From Lama guanicoe (Eukaryota), in assembly GCA_013239625.1 (NCBI GenBank), contig MU053758.1:3039854-3103853 (forward strand): a stretch of 64,000 nt of DNA, read 5' to 3'. Shown here in pieces: positions 10,339 through 23,602 of this stretch; position 1 is the first letter of the stretch; every line of letters begins with the position of its first letter. Under the pieces are notes generated by a model. It was not told the origin of the DNA and did not search any database. It saw only the letters and a program-made list of their open reading frames with translations. Position numbers and translations under genes: made by a program.

Positions 10339-13300
10339 CTGAAAGAAACCAGAGGTGGAATCTGAGTAACTTCCGTAGATGGAACCCTGCCTCCCCTCCG
10401 CTCAAACAAAGGTTCATTTATTCACTCATTTAAAAGCCTGGCTGCTGCGGCCAGGCTTCCTGGGTTTACATTCTGGCTCTGGCACTTACTAGCTGTGCCG
10501 TGTTGAACAATTTATTAACATCTCTGTGCCTCAGTTTCCTTATCTATAAAGTGAGGTAATATTTGTAACATGCTTAGAACATGCCTGACATATAATAAGC
10601 ATTATGCAAATTAAATAAAATAACTTCAATAGACGTTTGTTGAATATCTACGATGTCGCAACCTTATTTGTTAAATACTAGCTAATATTTATTGAGTAAT
10701 TGCTATGCATGTAGGCACTGGTACTTACATGTAAAACCTTTGAAAAGCTTCATAAGAACCCTATGAAGTAGATACTATCATCATTCCATCTTACAAAGGG
10801 AGAACTGAGACACAGAGAGGGAAGTAACTTGCCCAAGGGTCATCAGGCCAACAAGTGTCAGAGCAGGGCCGGACCCCAGGCTGTCCGATGTCAGGGCCCT
10901 GCACTTAGCTGCTACTCCCTGCGGGCCAGTTGGTAAAACCAACAGGTAAGCAGGGAAGCGGTCATAACTAGTGTCATCAGTGAGGAGGGGAGGTGGAGGG
11001 GACTCTGTAGGCACTAGCGGGAGAGGTCAGGAAGGACTTCCTGGAGGAAGGGACACAAAAAGGGAGCTGGCTGGGCAAGCCAGGTAGGAGTGGGGAGGCC
11101 AGTGTATTAAGAGGCCTGATGGAGAGGGGCGATCACCAGACATTACTGAGCATCTGGGAGATAGAGAGACTCGAGGGTGGCTGGAGGGGAAGTTAGGGTG
11201 GGGAAGGCAGGCTGGGCTCAGTAGTGCTGACTCAACCCTGAGGGCAGTGGGGAGCCACAGAACAGTTTTGAGCTGAGAAGTGACATCATCAGATGATATT
11301 CACTCCCTGGGGGCTTGTCTGGAGAAAGAGATGTCTTCACTTCCTCATTTCCCTGCCTGTGGAAAGTTCTTCCCGTTGTCTCACCTTAATGTCACATATT
11401 AGTAGTTTCTTACAGTGGGGCTGGGTAGGAAGTAAGAAGATCTGGGACGGAGGCCGCCAAGAGAACTGTAAGGAGCTGGGACATGCTGGCTGTGCTGGCC
11501 CTGCCTGCCCTGAGCCTCGCCATTGCCGCCCCTCCGTGCCCCGCTCCAGCACTCCCCAACTCTGCTTCTCTCTTTTTCCAAGATGCCTCCATCACATCCT
11601 GTTTTAGAGTCAGACCCCAGTGCTGGAAAAGGCATTGAGACCAGCCTGGGGTAAATGAAATGAATGTGAACTCTGGAGTCTAAAGATTCAGATTCGAATC
11701 CCAGCTCAAACAGTTCCTTAAAGGTGTAACTGTGATGGTCAGTTTCCTTATCTGTGAGACGGGAATGTGAATTCCTGCCCTGTACCCTCCCAAAGAGTGG
11801 TGTGGAACCAGTGAGGTGCTGCTTGTAAAAGCAGGTGGACAATTCTAAAGACTGCTTAGAAATAAGGGCTTCTATAGAATATAATACCTTAATAATAATA
11901 AACAGTAATAGCTCTCATTTATTGAGCACTGTCCATTCACCAGGCATTGGCTTTTTTACATGCGGTAGCTCTTCTAATCCTCTCATAACCCTTGGAAGTA
12001 CTGCACCCCCACTACCAGTCCACTTTACAGATGAAGACACAGATTCACAGAGGTTCAGAAATCTGCATAGGCGACATATCTAAGAAAGTGGTAGAGCTGG
12101 GATTCAAACCCAGGCTATGGACTTTAGACTCTCAACTCTTTATACCACGTGGAGTTCAAATGCAGAGGAACACCTGCGGTCCAGAGAGGGGATGGGAGTT
12201 GCCCAAGGTCACACAGCAAGTTAATGAGAAAAGCCAGAACCCTCTTTTCCCCAAAGGCTCCTGCCGGCCCTGCTGCCAGACTTCTCCTTGGCCTGGTCCT
12301 GGAGGGGGTGGTGCATCCTAGGCTCGGAAAGTGTGTCTATAAATGGCAGTGGAAGGGAACAGGCCTCCAAGTTCCTTTCTGGGAGCAGCTGAGGACATGG
12401 AGCTTTGGCTCCTTAGTGGCCTGGGTTTGTTGGGGCAGGATCTCAGCGCACCCTGCGGGGGTTTTGGTTGGGCACCGGCAGAGGAGCCTGGGGCCATGGA
12501 CTCTGAGGAGCACACTGGGGGGCCTGAGTCCTCCCTCAGGACCAGACCCAGGGTGTCTGCTTACTGATTTGGAAACTGCTTTTGTGCCACCCTGGGCAAG
12601 TGTCCTTTCCTCTCTGGGCCTCAGTTGTCCCCTCTGTATAATGGGAATATGAGAATAACAGACACTTAAAAATGTACTCATTTTGTTTTCTCAGTAGTTC
12701 TTTGCAGAGGGTACTCTCCCTGTGGGGCTGGGGAGGTTAAGGGATTTGTCTGAGGTCACACAATCCAGTGATGGAACTTGGATTGGAACCCAGGCAATCC
12801 TGGCTCTGCAGTCCCTGGCTCTGCAGGGAAAGATCCCTTTCACCTCTCTCTGCCCCTTCTGGGATTCTGGAACCCAGAGGGATAGGCCTGAGATGGAACA
12901 AGGGGCAGGCAGGCCCTTAGGCTCTTCCTCAAACTCTTCTCACTTTTAAGCCTCCCTGAACTCCCAGGGCAGGGCCTGGTCTCACTCCTTTATTCCGGGA
13001 CATCCTCCCTCTCCTGGGGCCCCCAGCACACATCTCTAGCTTTTTCCTTCTTGCTCTAAGGCTGAGAGGAGTGTCCCTGGCCTCAGCATTGAAATTGGTG
13101 GGCTGGAGTGGGTAGAGAGGGCTCCAGCCAACTTGGCTATATTTATAGATTCCGCCCACCCACTGGACTCAAATCTCTTTCTTTGTTCCTAAGGGCTCTG
13201 GAAAGGGATGAGGATCCTGATACCTTAGCAAATTTCCTTGCTTGTTTCATTGCCAAATTCTTCCCCAGATTTACTCTTTCCCTCCTACAAGTCCAGGTCA

Positions 13301-13881
13301 GCAGAGGGAGAGGGTGGCAGAGGGGGTAGCCCGAGTCTCCCCCAAGTACCTTGATTCAATAGCCCAATCCCCACCCCACCCCCATGCTCAAAGAGTGGCT
13401 TCTGATTGTCCCATCCTCTCCCCACAGCCCCAGGGAAGCAGCCAGGGACCTGGGGGACCCATGGAGGTCATGTCCCCACCCTTGGATTCTTGGCGGCCCC
13501 TGAAGGTCTGGGCACGGGGGTGGGGCGGAGGTGGGGTGGGTGATGAGTAGAGAGTGAGACCCAGGCCCCAGGGACTCCGTGCTGGGAGGCAGGAGGCTGG
13601 ATTCTGAGTCCATTCCCTTCCCAAGTCTCAGGAACCCCTGGCAATCCTCTTTCCCTCCTGGACCTCGGTTCTCTTATCTGTATACCAGGAGCTCCAGATT
13701 TCATTCTCCCAAAGTGCAGCACTTGGGTCTGGGGTCCCAAGACCATCTTCCTCTCCTCTCTCCTCCACTATTTCTCTTCACCTTTATTCCGAGGCCCAGG
13801 AGAGGTGGAGAAGCTGAGGACAAAGACTCGGCCTAGGTGCTGAGCCTCCCTCTCTTCTGCTTAAAGAATAAAGTCACCTAC

Positions 13882-13950
13882 CTGGTGTCCAGGGCTGGCG
13901 GGACACTCCTGTGTTCACTCCTGGCTCCTGGAGCCCTTCGGATCCAGGGG
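13882..13950 (-). other. TNS4: Putative non-coding exon 1 of TNS4 (5' end approximate)
   Basis: Strong donor CAG|gtaggt at 13880-13881, immediately downstream of a GC-box-rich, CpG-enriched promoter-like segment; no ATG within the exon. Confidence 0.65.
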
Positions 13951-14110
13951 AGGCACAGTTCACCTCCAGCCACGCCTTAAGAGCAGCCCTCCAGCCCCGC
14001 CCTCCCTCCTCCCTGGGGCCCTACACGTGGCCTGACAGCACGCAAGCCCCACCCGCATGTCTGGACGAGCCCAGGTAGGGCTGGCGTGGGCGGGGGAAGG
14101 GAAGCATTGG
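13950..14110 (-). promoter_or_regulatory. Putative TNS4 proximal promoter
   Basis: Weak TATA-like TTAAG at ~13976-13981, GC box GGGCGG at ~13997-14002, E-box CACGTG at 14024-14029, p53/p63-like element at 14053-14072, further GC box near 14088-14097. Confidence 0.6.
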
Positions 14111-15394
14111 GTGGCAGTCTGGGGCTGGATGTGGGGGGGGTTCCCAAGCTTCCTGCTGTCCCCATCCCTCCCTGATCACCATGTGTTCTGGGGAACCCCT
14201 GCTTGGATGGGGCTTGTTAGGAACAAGCTGTGCTGGGAGCATTCCCTTTACCCAGCCAGGGGAGGGGCCAGGGGTTGGCAGAGCCTAGCAGAAAATGAGA
14301 ACTTGGCTTGGGGAAGCAAGATGCCAGTGGACAGCAGACCCTTCCCACAGGCCAAGAGAGGAAGCTCTGAGTGTCTGGAGGGCTTTGAAAAGGGGCTCAG
14401 AGCCTGGCTTGACTTCATTCATTCACCCACTCACGGGCTAGCCCTCTGCACAGCCTGGTGGAGATTCCACATGGGAATGATGGCAGGAAGTCCAGAAGTC
14501 CAGGCATCCCCTCTCCCTGGCTCCAGCTCCCTCCCTGTTCTGTGCCAGGGATCCCAGAATGTTGTGAGGAGGCCTCCAGCCATTCTGGGGGGGCACTGGT
14601 AGTAGAACCCCATCTGGGCAGGTTGGTTTGAAGCCAGGGAGCTGGCAAAGTCTCCAGCCCGAAGATTCGTGGGGATCCCAGCAATGACTAATCTCAGGGA
14701 CAGGTGGGTGGCCCCATTATGCTCAGTGCAAGGGCTTCTGGTCTTAAAGTGTTTGATGCTCTGTGGCTTCATGGTGGCATGAGGAGCCAGTGTTGTGGGA
14801 GAGCAGCTAGCACAGCTGTGCAAAGTTGTGAAAGGTGTGCCCTCCTGACCATAACACTGAAAGGCATCTCTGTGTGTTCGCACAGCCCAGCTGGCCCATG
14901 GCTTGGTGAGCAGTTGTGTCTTTGAATGAAGAAAACGCTGCCCCTCCCTTGCGGTGGACGTAGCTGTGAGCCAGCGGGCAGTGCCCAAGAAGCCTGATTC
15001 ACGGGCGGCTGGCTGCTGAGTTTTTCAGGTGGAAGGGGCAGGTTGGCGGGGCGTGAAATGTCAGGCCAGGATTGGGGTGTTCTGGCCTTGGCCTTGGCTG
15101 CCTCCCTGGGGGAGGGCACCAGGGACAGTTTTTGCTGCAGCTCATCAGGGTTGGAAACCCCACCTTGATGACCTGTGTCTGAGGGTTACAATCTTTCCTG
15201 GCAGGTTTGACTCTTTTGATTTCACATTTGGCCACTTCCGTCACCTTAAGCCAGTCTCAGGAACACTGACTCCAGCCTCAGCCGCCTCACAGACCCTGCC
15301 CCCCACCACTCCCACCCCGCCTCTGCCTTTCCCCTAACCTCCCCCTGCTCCCCCTCCCCCTCCCGTGATCAGCCTCCCCAGGGGACGGGACAGC

Positions 15395-16020
15395 ATTTCT
15401 TTGTGCCTCTCTGGATAAGATCATGTAATTTTTTCCCCTTTTTCACCTGTTAAAATGATGGAAGTACATTAACTGATTTTTGGATATTGAACCAGCCTTG
15501 CATACCTGGGATATATCCCACTTGGTAGTGGTGTATCACTTTTTATACCTTGTTGGGCTCAATTTGCTAATATTTTGTTGAGGATTTTTGGATTGATGCT
15601 TATGAGAAATATCAGTCTATAGTTTTCTTGCAACGTCTTTGTCTGGTTTTGTGTTTGGGGATTGTTGGCCTCATAGAATGAATTAGAGAGTTTGAGTTAG
15701 AAAGAGATTGTGGAGAACTGGTATAATTTCTTCCTTAAATGTTTGGTAGAAGTCACCAGGAAACTCATCTGGGCCTGAAGCTTTCAGTTTTGGAGGGTTA
15801 TTAATTACTGAATCCACTTATTTATTTATTTTTCTAAATTTCTTTTATTTGGGGGGGGAGAGGTAATTAGGTTTTTATTTATTTACTTATTTATTTTAAT
15901 GGAGGGACTGGGGATTGAATCCAGGACCTCATGCATGCTAAGCACCTGCTCTACCACTGAGCTAGCCCCCTTTCCCCCAGATTCCATTTCTTTAATAGAT
16001 ACAGGCCAATTCACAGCATT
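15395..16020 (-). mobile_element. Old L1 ORF2 fragment interrupted by a SINE
   Basis: ttgaaccagccttgcatacctgggatatatcccacttgg...ttttgttgaggatttt...gtttggtagaagtcacc is typical antisense L1 ORF2 sequence. Confidence 0.8.
15818..15978 (-). mobile_element. Camelid tRNA-Ala SINE, long form
   Basis: tRNA-like head plus the aaataaaaacctaattacctc tail segment; nested in L1. Confidence 0.9.
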
Positions 16021-16389
16021 TCTTTCTAATCTCAAAATGCAGCATTTCTCTGGCTGATGGGGGCAACTTGGTCTATATCCGTGCTTCTAAGAGAAGGGAT
16101 TCCAAGGAGATTTTTTAAAAAATTCCACCTACATTTTGATGTATCCTGAACTCCACTCACTAAAAAAGAAGGAGAATCAATCAAATAAACCCCCAAAATG
16201 TAGTTTCTGACAAATCTTTTTTTTTTCTTTCATTCAAAATACATTTATTGCGTGTTCCTGCGTTTAGGCCCTGGGATACAGAGATGAATGAGACAAGGTT
16301 CCTGCCCCCAAGAAGCACACTGTCTGTGGGAGAGGGTGACTCCTAGGCAAACATGGCCCCAAATCTCTCGCCTAGAGGCCTACAAAGGA

Positions 16390-17153
16390 GGGCAGCTGAC
16401 CTGTCCAGGATGGTAGCCGTTAGTCACATGTGGCTCTTCAGCCCTTTTGACGTCGCTGGTCCGAATTGAGACGTGTCGTGGATGTGAAAGACAATCCAGA
16501 TTTCCAAGATTTTGTTTGAAAAAAAAAAAAGAATGTAACTATCTCATTATGCTTTTTTATATTGATCACATGGTGAAATGGTACTATTTTTGCAGGGATT
16601 GGATTAAATAAACTATACTCTCCAAATTAATTTCACCTGCTTCTTTTCACCTTTGGAGATGTATGTTACCTGTTTCCTGAGGCTGTGGGAACAAATGGTC
16701 ACACACCTGGTGGCTTAAGACATCAAAAATGTATTCAGTCACAGTCTGGAGCCCAGCAGCCTGGAACTGGGTTGTAGGAGAGAATCTGTTCCCTGCGTCT
16801 TCCACCTTCTGGGTGGCTGCCCTGGAATTCCTGGGCTTGGGGCTACATTGTTCTAATCTCTGCCCTGTCTATACTAGGCTTTCTCCTCTGTGTGTGTTAT
16901 CTTTGGCTTCTGTCTTGTAAAGACCCTTATGATGACATTTAGGGCCTCCCCTAGCTAATCCAGAATAATCTTACCTTGAAATCCTTAGCTTAATTATGTC
17001 TGCAAAGATCCTTTTTCCAAATAAGGTAACCTTTGAAAGTTCTAGGAGTTAAGACTTGATATTTTGGGAGTGGCAGTTATTCTATCTACTATATGTGGCT
17101 GCTAGAAAATTTAGAACTACATATGTGTCTTGATTATATTTGTGTTGGACAGC
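16390..17153 (-). mobile_element. MER33-like hAT MITE split by an MLT1 LTR
   Basis: ctgtccaggatggtagccgttagtcacatgtggct at the left and atgtggctgctagaaaatttag...ttggacagc at the right; ~16665-17092 is an inserted LTR. Confidence 0.7.
16665..17092 (-). mobile_element. MLT1-type (MaLR) solo LTR
   Basis: ggctgtgggaacaaatggtcacacacctggtggcttaa...ctgcaaagatcctttttccaaataaggtaac are MLT1 hallmark motifs in antisense. Confidence 0.7.
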
Positions 17154-17600
17154 TTTGGGCTCTAGTAACCCCTGTTTCATGGAGTCAGAGAAAACATCTC
17201 AGATTATGAAGGACATTCAAAGTGGAGGGCGGTGGTGGCCAGTCTGAGCAAGGTCAGAGAGGTGAGGAAGAGCCTAGGGTGTTCCCAGGACCCTCGAAGA
17301 GGTCTCTGGAGCTGGAACTCAGGGTGAGTGTGGGGAGAATGTTGGGAGAAGAATCTGGAGAGACGGAGTGTGTGTAGCATCAACCTCCACCCAGTCTTCT
17401 CCTAGTGAGCCTTCCTTAGCGGGAGAGGCTGGACCCTGCGCTCCTTAGACTCCGTTGCTGCTAGAGTTCTGGGTAGGCAGCGGGTTCAGTCAATCAGACG
17501 GACCTGGGACCATGGCTTGTTGCTACTGCTCAGCACGGTCTACATTTTATAGTGCCTAATATTGATAACTGTTACATCCCTATATTAAATAGATGAATCC

Positions 17601-17712
17601 AGGTGGGGTGGATGTAGCTCAGCTGTAGAGCATATGCTTAGCATTCACAAGGTCCTAGGTTCAATCCTTAGTGCTTCCAGTAAAAAAATAATAAATGGCC
17701 AACATTAAAAAA
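17601..17712 (+). mobile_element. Camelid tRNA-Ala SINE
   Basis: tRNA head plus A-rich tail; TSD aaatagatgaatcc/aaatagatgaattcc. Confidence 0.9.
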
Positions 17713-18351
17713 AAATAGATGAATTCCTAGGGGAAAAAATATCAGTGTTTTGGAGACACTGGGTTTTGGGGCACCTGCCTGCCAGTATCCAGTGTCCAGC
17801 TCTGTAGGTGAGGAGAGGTGGTTGCTGAAACGGCCTCCTGACCCCTGAGTCAGTCAGGGGATTGTTCTTGAAGCCAACAGACCCTGGGCGGCTCCTGATT
17901 CTTTACCTGCTTGATGGTACCAGAGGGGACAGTCCTCAAGGTGGGTGGCATGTTTTTCTGGGAGTCACTCCTGCAGGTGCCGCCTGTTCCTCTAGCCCTT
18001 CTGATGATTTTGTAAACACGGAATTACCTGCATGAAATGTCTTTCTGCTTAAAGTAGCTAGTGTGGTTTCTATATCTTGCTGGTGAATGAGGCAGGTGGG
18101 CTGAGCCCTGGGATAAAGGGCATGTGGGTTGGTCTAAGCAGCCTGGCTTTTCTGATATGGGCAATGGAGACACAGGAGATGCTTTTAAGCAGAGCAGGAG
18201 CAGGGCGGGAGCAATGTGAACCTCTTCATGCCAGAGAAAGATCATTCTGCTTCAGGAAAGTGCTGAACCCCTCGAGAGGGGAGCAGAGGGGCAGGACTTA
18301 TTTTTCTCTGGGACTCTCTCTTCTTTGGGGTTAAGACGGATGCCAGAGCTT

Positions 18352-18493
18352 GGGGAGAGGGGAAGGGTATATAGTTCAAGTAGTAGAGCACATGCTTAGC
18401 ATACAAAAGGTCCTGGGTTCAATTCCCAGTACCTCCTGTAAAAATAAATAAATAAACCTAATTAATGACCTCACCCCACTGGAAAAAAAAAAG
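18352..18493 (+). mobile_element. Camelid tRNA-Ala SINE, long form
   Basis: Head ggtcctgggttcaattcccagtacctcc plus aaataaataaacctaattaa tail; TSD-like agcttgggg on both sides. Confidence 0.88.
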
Positions 18494-18704
18494 AAGCTTG
18501 GGGAGGGATGTTTTTGTTGCAATGGGGCAGAAAACTGGTTAGCCTCCTGGACCTTCCAGGCTTTACGTGCAAGCGTGCAAGATTAAAATGAATAGCAGGA
18601 AGGGCTTCCCAGCAGAACTTTGATAACTAAACACCAGGCTCTGCATCAAGGTCCAGAGAGAGCTGAACAGATAAAAGGCCATACCTGGTCTTCTGGATAC
18701 TTTA

Positions 18705-19330
18705 ATTTTTTTTTTAAATTGAAGATAGTTGAGTTGCAATGTTGTATTAGTTTCTGGTGTACAGCATAGTGATTCAATTATACATACATATATATTCTTT
18801 TTCATATTCTTTTAAAAATTAAAAAAAAATTGGGGAGGTTAATTAGGTTTATTATTTAATTATTATTATTATTATTATTTTTAAAGGAGGTGCTGGGGAT
18901 TGAACCCAGGACCTCATGCATGCTAGGCTTGTGCTCTACCACTGAGCTATACCCCACCTTTTTTCATATTCTTTTTTCATTATAGGCTATTGCAAGGTAT
19001 GGAGTGTAGTTTCCTGTGCTCTACAGTAGGGCCTTGTGTTTATCTATTTTGTATACAGTCATTTGTGTCTGCTAATCCCAAACTCCTAATTTATACCCCT
19101 CTTTGGTAACCATAAGTTTGTTTTCTATGTCTGTGAGTCTCTTTCTGTTTTGTATCATTTTTTTAGGTTCCTCCTATAAGTGATATCACATGATATTTGT
19201 CTTTCTCATTTGACTTCATATTTGATTTCCTTCATTTTGTATTATCATCTCCAGGTCCATCCATGTTGCTGCAAAAGGCCCGATTTCATCCTTTTTCATG
19301 GCTGAGTCATAGTCCATTGTATATATGGAT
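18705..19330 (-). mobile_element. L1 3' end with nested camelid SINE (~18812-18958)
   Basis: Poly-T then ttgaagatagttgagttgcaatg...ccatgttgctgcaaaagg; SINE flanked by the duplicated ttttcatattctttt. Confidence 0.88.
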
Positions 19331-19722
19331 GCTTGAATTTATTCTCAGTCTCCATCGCCAATTTGCTGTGATGCTTAGGGAAAGACAGTTAACCTCTCAG
19401 AGCCTCTGGATTCCCTCTGAGCAGAAAGAAAGTTTTGTTTTCCTTCTCTGGCGGCAGTGGGAGAGGCGAGAAGGAGACTGAGGTCTTCTTATCCCTGGGG
19501 AGGGGATTTTGGTCTTTATGACTGGGCTGCCCATGGGAGGTGAAGTCCTTCTCAGGTCTTACTTTTTTGCTTCTGATTCCTTAGCTATACAGTGTGCACG
19601 CCTGAAACTCCACCTGTGCCCGGTGAGGCCCAATCCAGGGACATCTTTACTATGAATACCCGTACCCAGGGCACGGTGTTCCCCACGTGGCCTCCAGTGC
19701 CAGAGCTGGAGGGACCCTCGGG

Positions 19723-21308
19723 CACTGGGGTCCTCGAACTCAAACTTTAGTGTTCAGACATCATCAGTAAGAAATGCCGAGCAGGCATCTCTGATACCTA
19801 TTTATTTATAAATTACATACATGGAGCTTAATAAATTAGATCCATGAACTAAATGCAGAAATATACATTAGTATGTACATTACAAAAATATACGTGTATT
19901 ATAAAATATTATGTAGACTATACATGTATGAATAAACTATGTGTATTATTAGATATTATGTACATTAGACATTACATATATTATTATATTATGCACATTA
20001 TAAAACTCTATAGCAAGAAATGAAAAATGTAATAAATAAAAACCGTTTTGAAGGCATTTTTATGGCATTTCATTTAATAATGGTAGAAAAGTCCCTTTTT
20101 GCTCTCATACTGAGAGCGATGCCATTGAAGATCCTTTTTCATTTTTGAAAATCCTGATTTAACTCTTTGCGGCACAGTGACTTTAATGTCTGGTACTAAC
20201 TTTGGTTTATTTCAATATTCAGTTTTAAAGGCTGTCACGGCTGAAAAGGAGGCCTCGCGGAGATGCTGAGATCCAGACTGACGAGGCGCATCGTGGGCTC
20301 TGCTCATTAAACCGTGACATTTGTTTTTCAGTTTTCAATGCCATCCACCAATTATGCAAAGATTTTGTTCAAAATTGACTTTCAAATTTCCATCTTCTCT
20401 CATGTCAATCAGGTCTTCTTGCAAAGAAATTGGAATATGTTGCATTTTAATACTCTCAGCAAATGGATTTTTAAGCCCACTCAAGCTCTTCACTTGGAAG
20501 ACTTTTAAGCAAGTTAAAAATTCCTTTTTGTTTTTTTTGAAGGGTGGATACGAACGAACTTGGGAACACACAAGGTTTTCAGCAGTAAAATCAGGTAACA
20601 ATGGGAACACTTTCAAACTTTGTTTCTAAATGCTCTGTCATAATCTATTCCTTCCCCCGAAGTTACTTCCTTAGCAACTGTTTAAACTTCACCTTTATCC
20701 TGATGAAAAGAGTTTTCACTTTGGGAAATCTCTGCGGTTGCACTCAACACACAACCCTTGTTTTTCCTTTCCGAAATGCCAAGTGAAAGCATGTCCTAGG
20801 ATGATTTATTTCAAAAACATTTTTTTTTTTAATGAAGGTGCTGGGGAATCGAACCCCCAGCCTCATCCATACTAAGCACCCTACCGCTGAGCTATACCCA
20901 CCCTCCCTCAGGCCACTTGTCCTTTGGAACGGCCAGTTAATTTAGTTTGAACCAAACGTGACAATCTGTGAATTCCACTGAAATGGGCGTATGTAAATGG
21001 CGATATGTCATGATATGTCAAAAGTCGAGAGTGAGGGTACCGTCCCCAAGTTCTCTGCCTGATGGAGCAACTGTACCTCCTTCCAGACATTGACTAATGC
21101 GGGGGACATTATTGCCCGAAAACAGACTGAGTAGGGGTGGCCTGGTCAGTTTTTACGTTAAGTATCAGTAGAGCTGAATTCCTTTCTTTCTTTTAGATAG
21201 AAATACATCTAAATACATATACTTTGAGTTCTAAAATTTTCTTCCCACATGCCAGTGGATCATTCTGTGTTACCCTGGGGTATGTGCACTTGACTTGGAG
21301 GTCAGATC
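19723..21308 (-). mobile_element. hAT-Charlie (Charlie7/MER119-like) DNA transposon fossil with transposase remnant
   Basis: Minus-strand translation NPFAES...LQEDLIDMREDGNLKVNF and LKNKCHGLMSRAH...HLREASFSAVTAFKTEY*NK resembles the hAT transposase C-terminal dimerisation region; Charlie-like ends (ctcaaacttt..., ...ggggtatgtgcacttgacttggag). Confidence 0.75.
20819..20907 (-). mobile_element. Camelid tRNA-Ala SINE inserted in the Charlie fossil
   Basis: Poly-T followed by ggtgctggggaatcgaaccc...ctgagctataccc. Confidence 0.85.
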
Positions 21309-23602
21309 TCCCTGGACTGGTGGGTCAGCTGAGGCTTGGGCTGGGGGCGGAGGTATTGCTTAAGGACCCTTGACTAGTGGTGCTAGAGGCAGGTTGAGAC
21401 TCAGATCCTTCCCTTCTGGGGCCTCCTCAACCCCCACAGAGGCGCGTGGAGGAAATGCGGGGTGGTTAGTGCCACGCCCATCCCCCTGCACAGGGTCCTG
21501 TGGCCTCAGGAATACCCGTCCTCCTGGGGCCCAGGCCGGGACCTGGGGAGCAGCAGCGGGTGGGCCTCAGAGCAGGTGTTAAAATATCCTTTTATTAAAA
21601 TATCCTTTTCCTGTCCCAATCCTTCCTCCCCCATGACAGAGAGAGTCTGCATCACTCTGACTGGACCTAAGTCGTGTGACTTCTCTGGGCCAAATAATTT
21701 GTCCTGGGCTTCGGGACATAATTTGGTGATTTTTTTTTTTTCCTTAAAGAAGTAATTTTATCTGTTTGGAAATACTACAACGGGACAAAATGTTGTGTCC
21801 TTGTGTCTTTGTGTAGTCCAGTTCTTGCTTCTGAGCTACCACATCAATTTGTGGGTACCTTTCTACTCTTTCTGATCTTGAAATGTTTATAGAAACTACC
21901 AAACCTTTGGCCACCAAGCAATTTGTGGCGTTCCTGCTCTGGGCTCCCGGAGCTCCCCCAGGCATACTGCATCACTCTGTTCTCTTGCTACCTAACTGCC
22001 ACTGGACTTGGCCCATGGAAGTGCCTCCTCTCTCGAGCACCGTTTGGTGATTCTGACACCTCAGGGTTAAATCTGAAAAGAAAATCAGCCACCTGTAGCC
22101 AAAACCAGACAGGCTGGGGGCTCAGCACTGCCAGCCTTGGGGCTGCCCTGCTTGGATCTCTCCCTCTGCCTGAGGGAGTGGGGGTCTGGAGATACTCCTA
22201 GGGACGTCAGTGCCTGTGCCCTCTCCCTGACTGAAGCAGTGATGACCCAAGCTTCTGGACCACCTGTCTGGAGAAGGAGGATGCTGCGTGTGATCCTGCA
22301 TTGTTCTAGGTCCAAGGTGAGCTCATCGGATGAGCAAGGTCTCCTGCTGAGTTCCTAGGGGTGAGTCAGAGAGCACTCTGCTCTCACAGCTCCATGGCCC
22401 CCCCACCTGGTGTGCCCACCCTGTCTCTACTTCTTGAGCTTAGCTTTTCTGTCACCGACTGCACCAGGCAGCCTTTTGCATGTAAGCTCCCCCTGGAGCC
22501 TTGGGTGGCCAACCGGCATGGCATTTGTGGCAGCCCCCAGGCTGTATGTCCTTCAGATTCAGGTTCTTTTTCCTCCTGGGCACACAGTGAGACTACATTT
22601 CCCAGCCTCCCCTGCAGTCAGACGGAACCATGGGCTGAATTCTGGCCAGCGGTCTGTGACCAAGCAAGTGTAAACCGTGCTGCGTCCTGGTCTGACCTCT
22701 GAAAACACCACCTTGGCTCCCCCTCTCCCCTGTCCCTGGCTGGACATGGAGGACCCAGGGGGATGGCAAGGCCCTCGCTGCAGTCTGGGTCCCTGCAGAG
22801 CTACAGGGAGCAGAGCCGACGCCCCTTGCACCTGCGGGAGAAAGACATCTTTACACGTGAAGCTATCTGAACGTTGGAGTGGGTACAACAGTGGCAGCCT
22901 GCTTGACAAACGAAAAGACTGACTTCAAATGAGAACTCAGGAGGCTTGAATTTTTCAAGAGTTTACGAGGCAGCATAGTGTGGGAGTTAAAACCTTAGTC
23001 TCTGGAATTGGACTGCCTCCCACCCCGCCATAGATGGGCCACGTGACTCTGGGAAAATTGATTAGTCTCTGTGTCTCAGTTTCCTCGCCTGTAAGTGTAT
23101 GCACATCACAGGGTGTTTGGAAGGTATGTGTAATGATGGGCATGCTACGTTCATTGGTCCTGCTTGACTGTGAGGGAGCCTCCAAGGCAGGGATGGCATT
23201 TGGTTCATCTTCCTGGATCCCTGCAGGGCCTGGCACAGTGTCGGAAGTCCAGTGGCCCCTCCCCAGGTTACTCCTGGTCTGGTGGGTGGAGAGGACACTT
23301 GGGTGTACACCAAGGCAGTCTGGGATGTGCCATAGAGGGTGGTACAAGCCAAGTGTTCTCCAAGGGAGATTAATTCTGCCTAGGGTTCAGGCTGAAGGCT
23401 TCATGGAGGAGGTGGCATTTCAGCAGGTCATTGAAGAAGAAAGGGTAGCATTTGGACCACAGAAGTGGGCTACACTTGCTCTAGCTTAAGCAAAGTTCCT
23501 ATAAGTTAAATCCTGATATAGAAAGAGTTGGAATGCTTGGCTATATCACGTGCCACCCCACCTAACATTTGTAAGGCCTGGAGGAAGATTTCAGAAGGAG
23601 GC

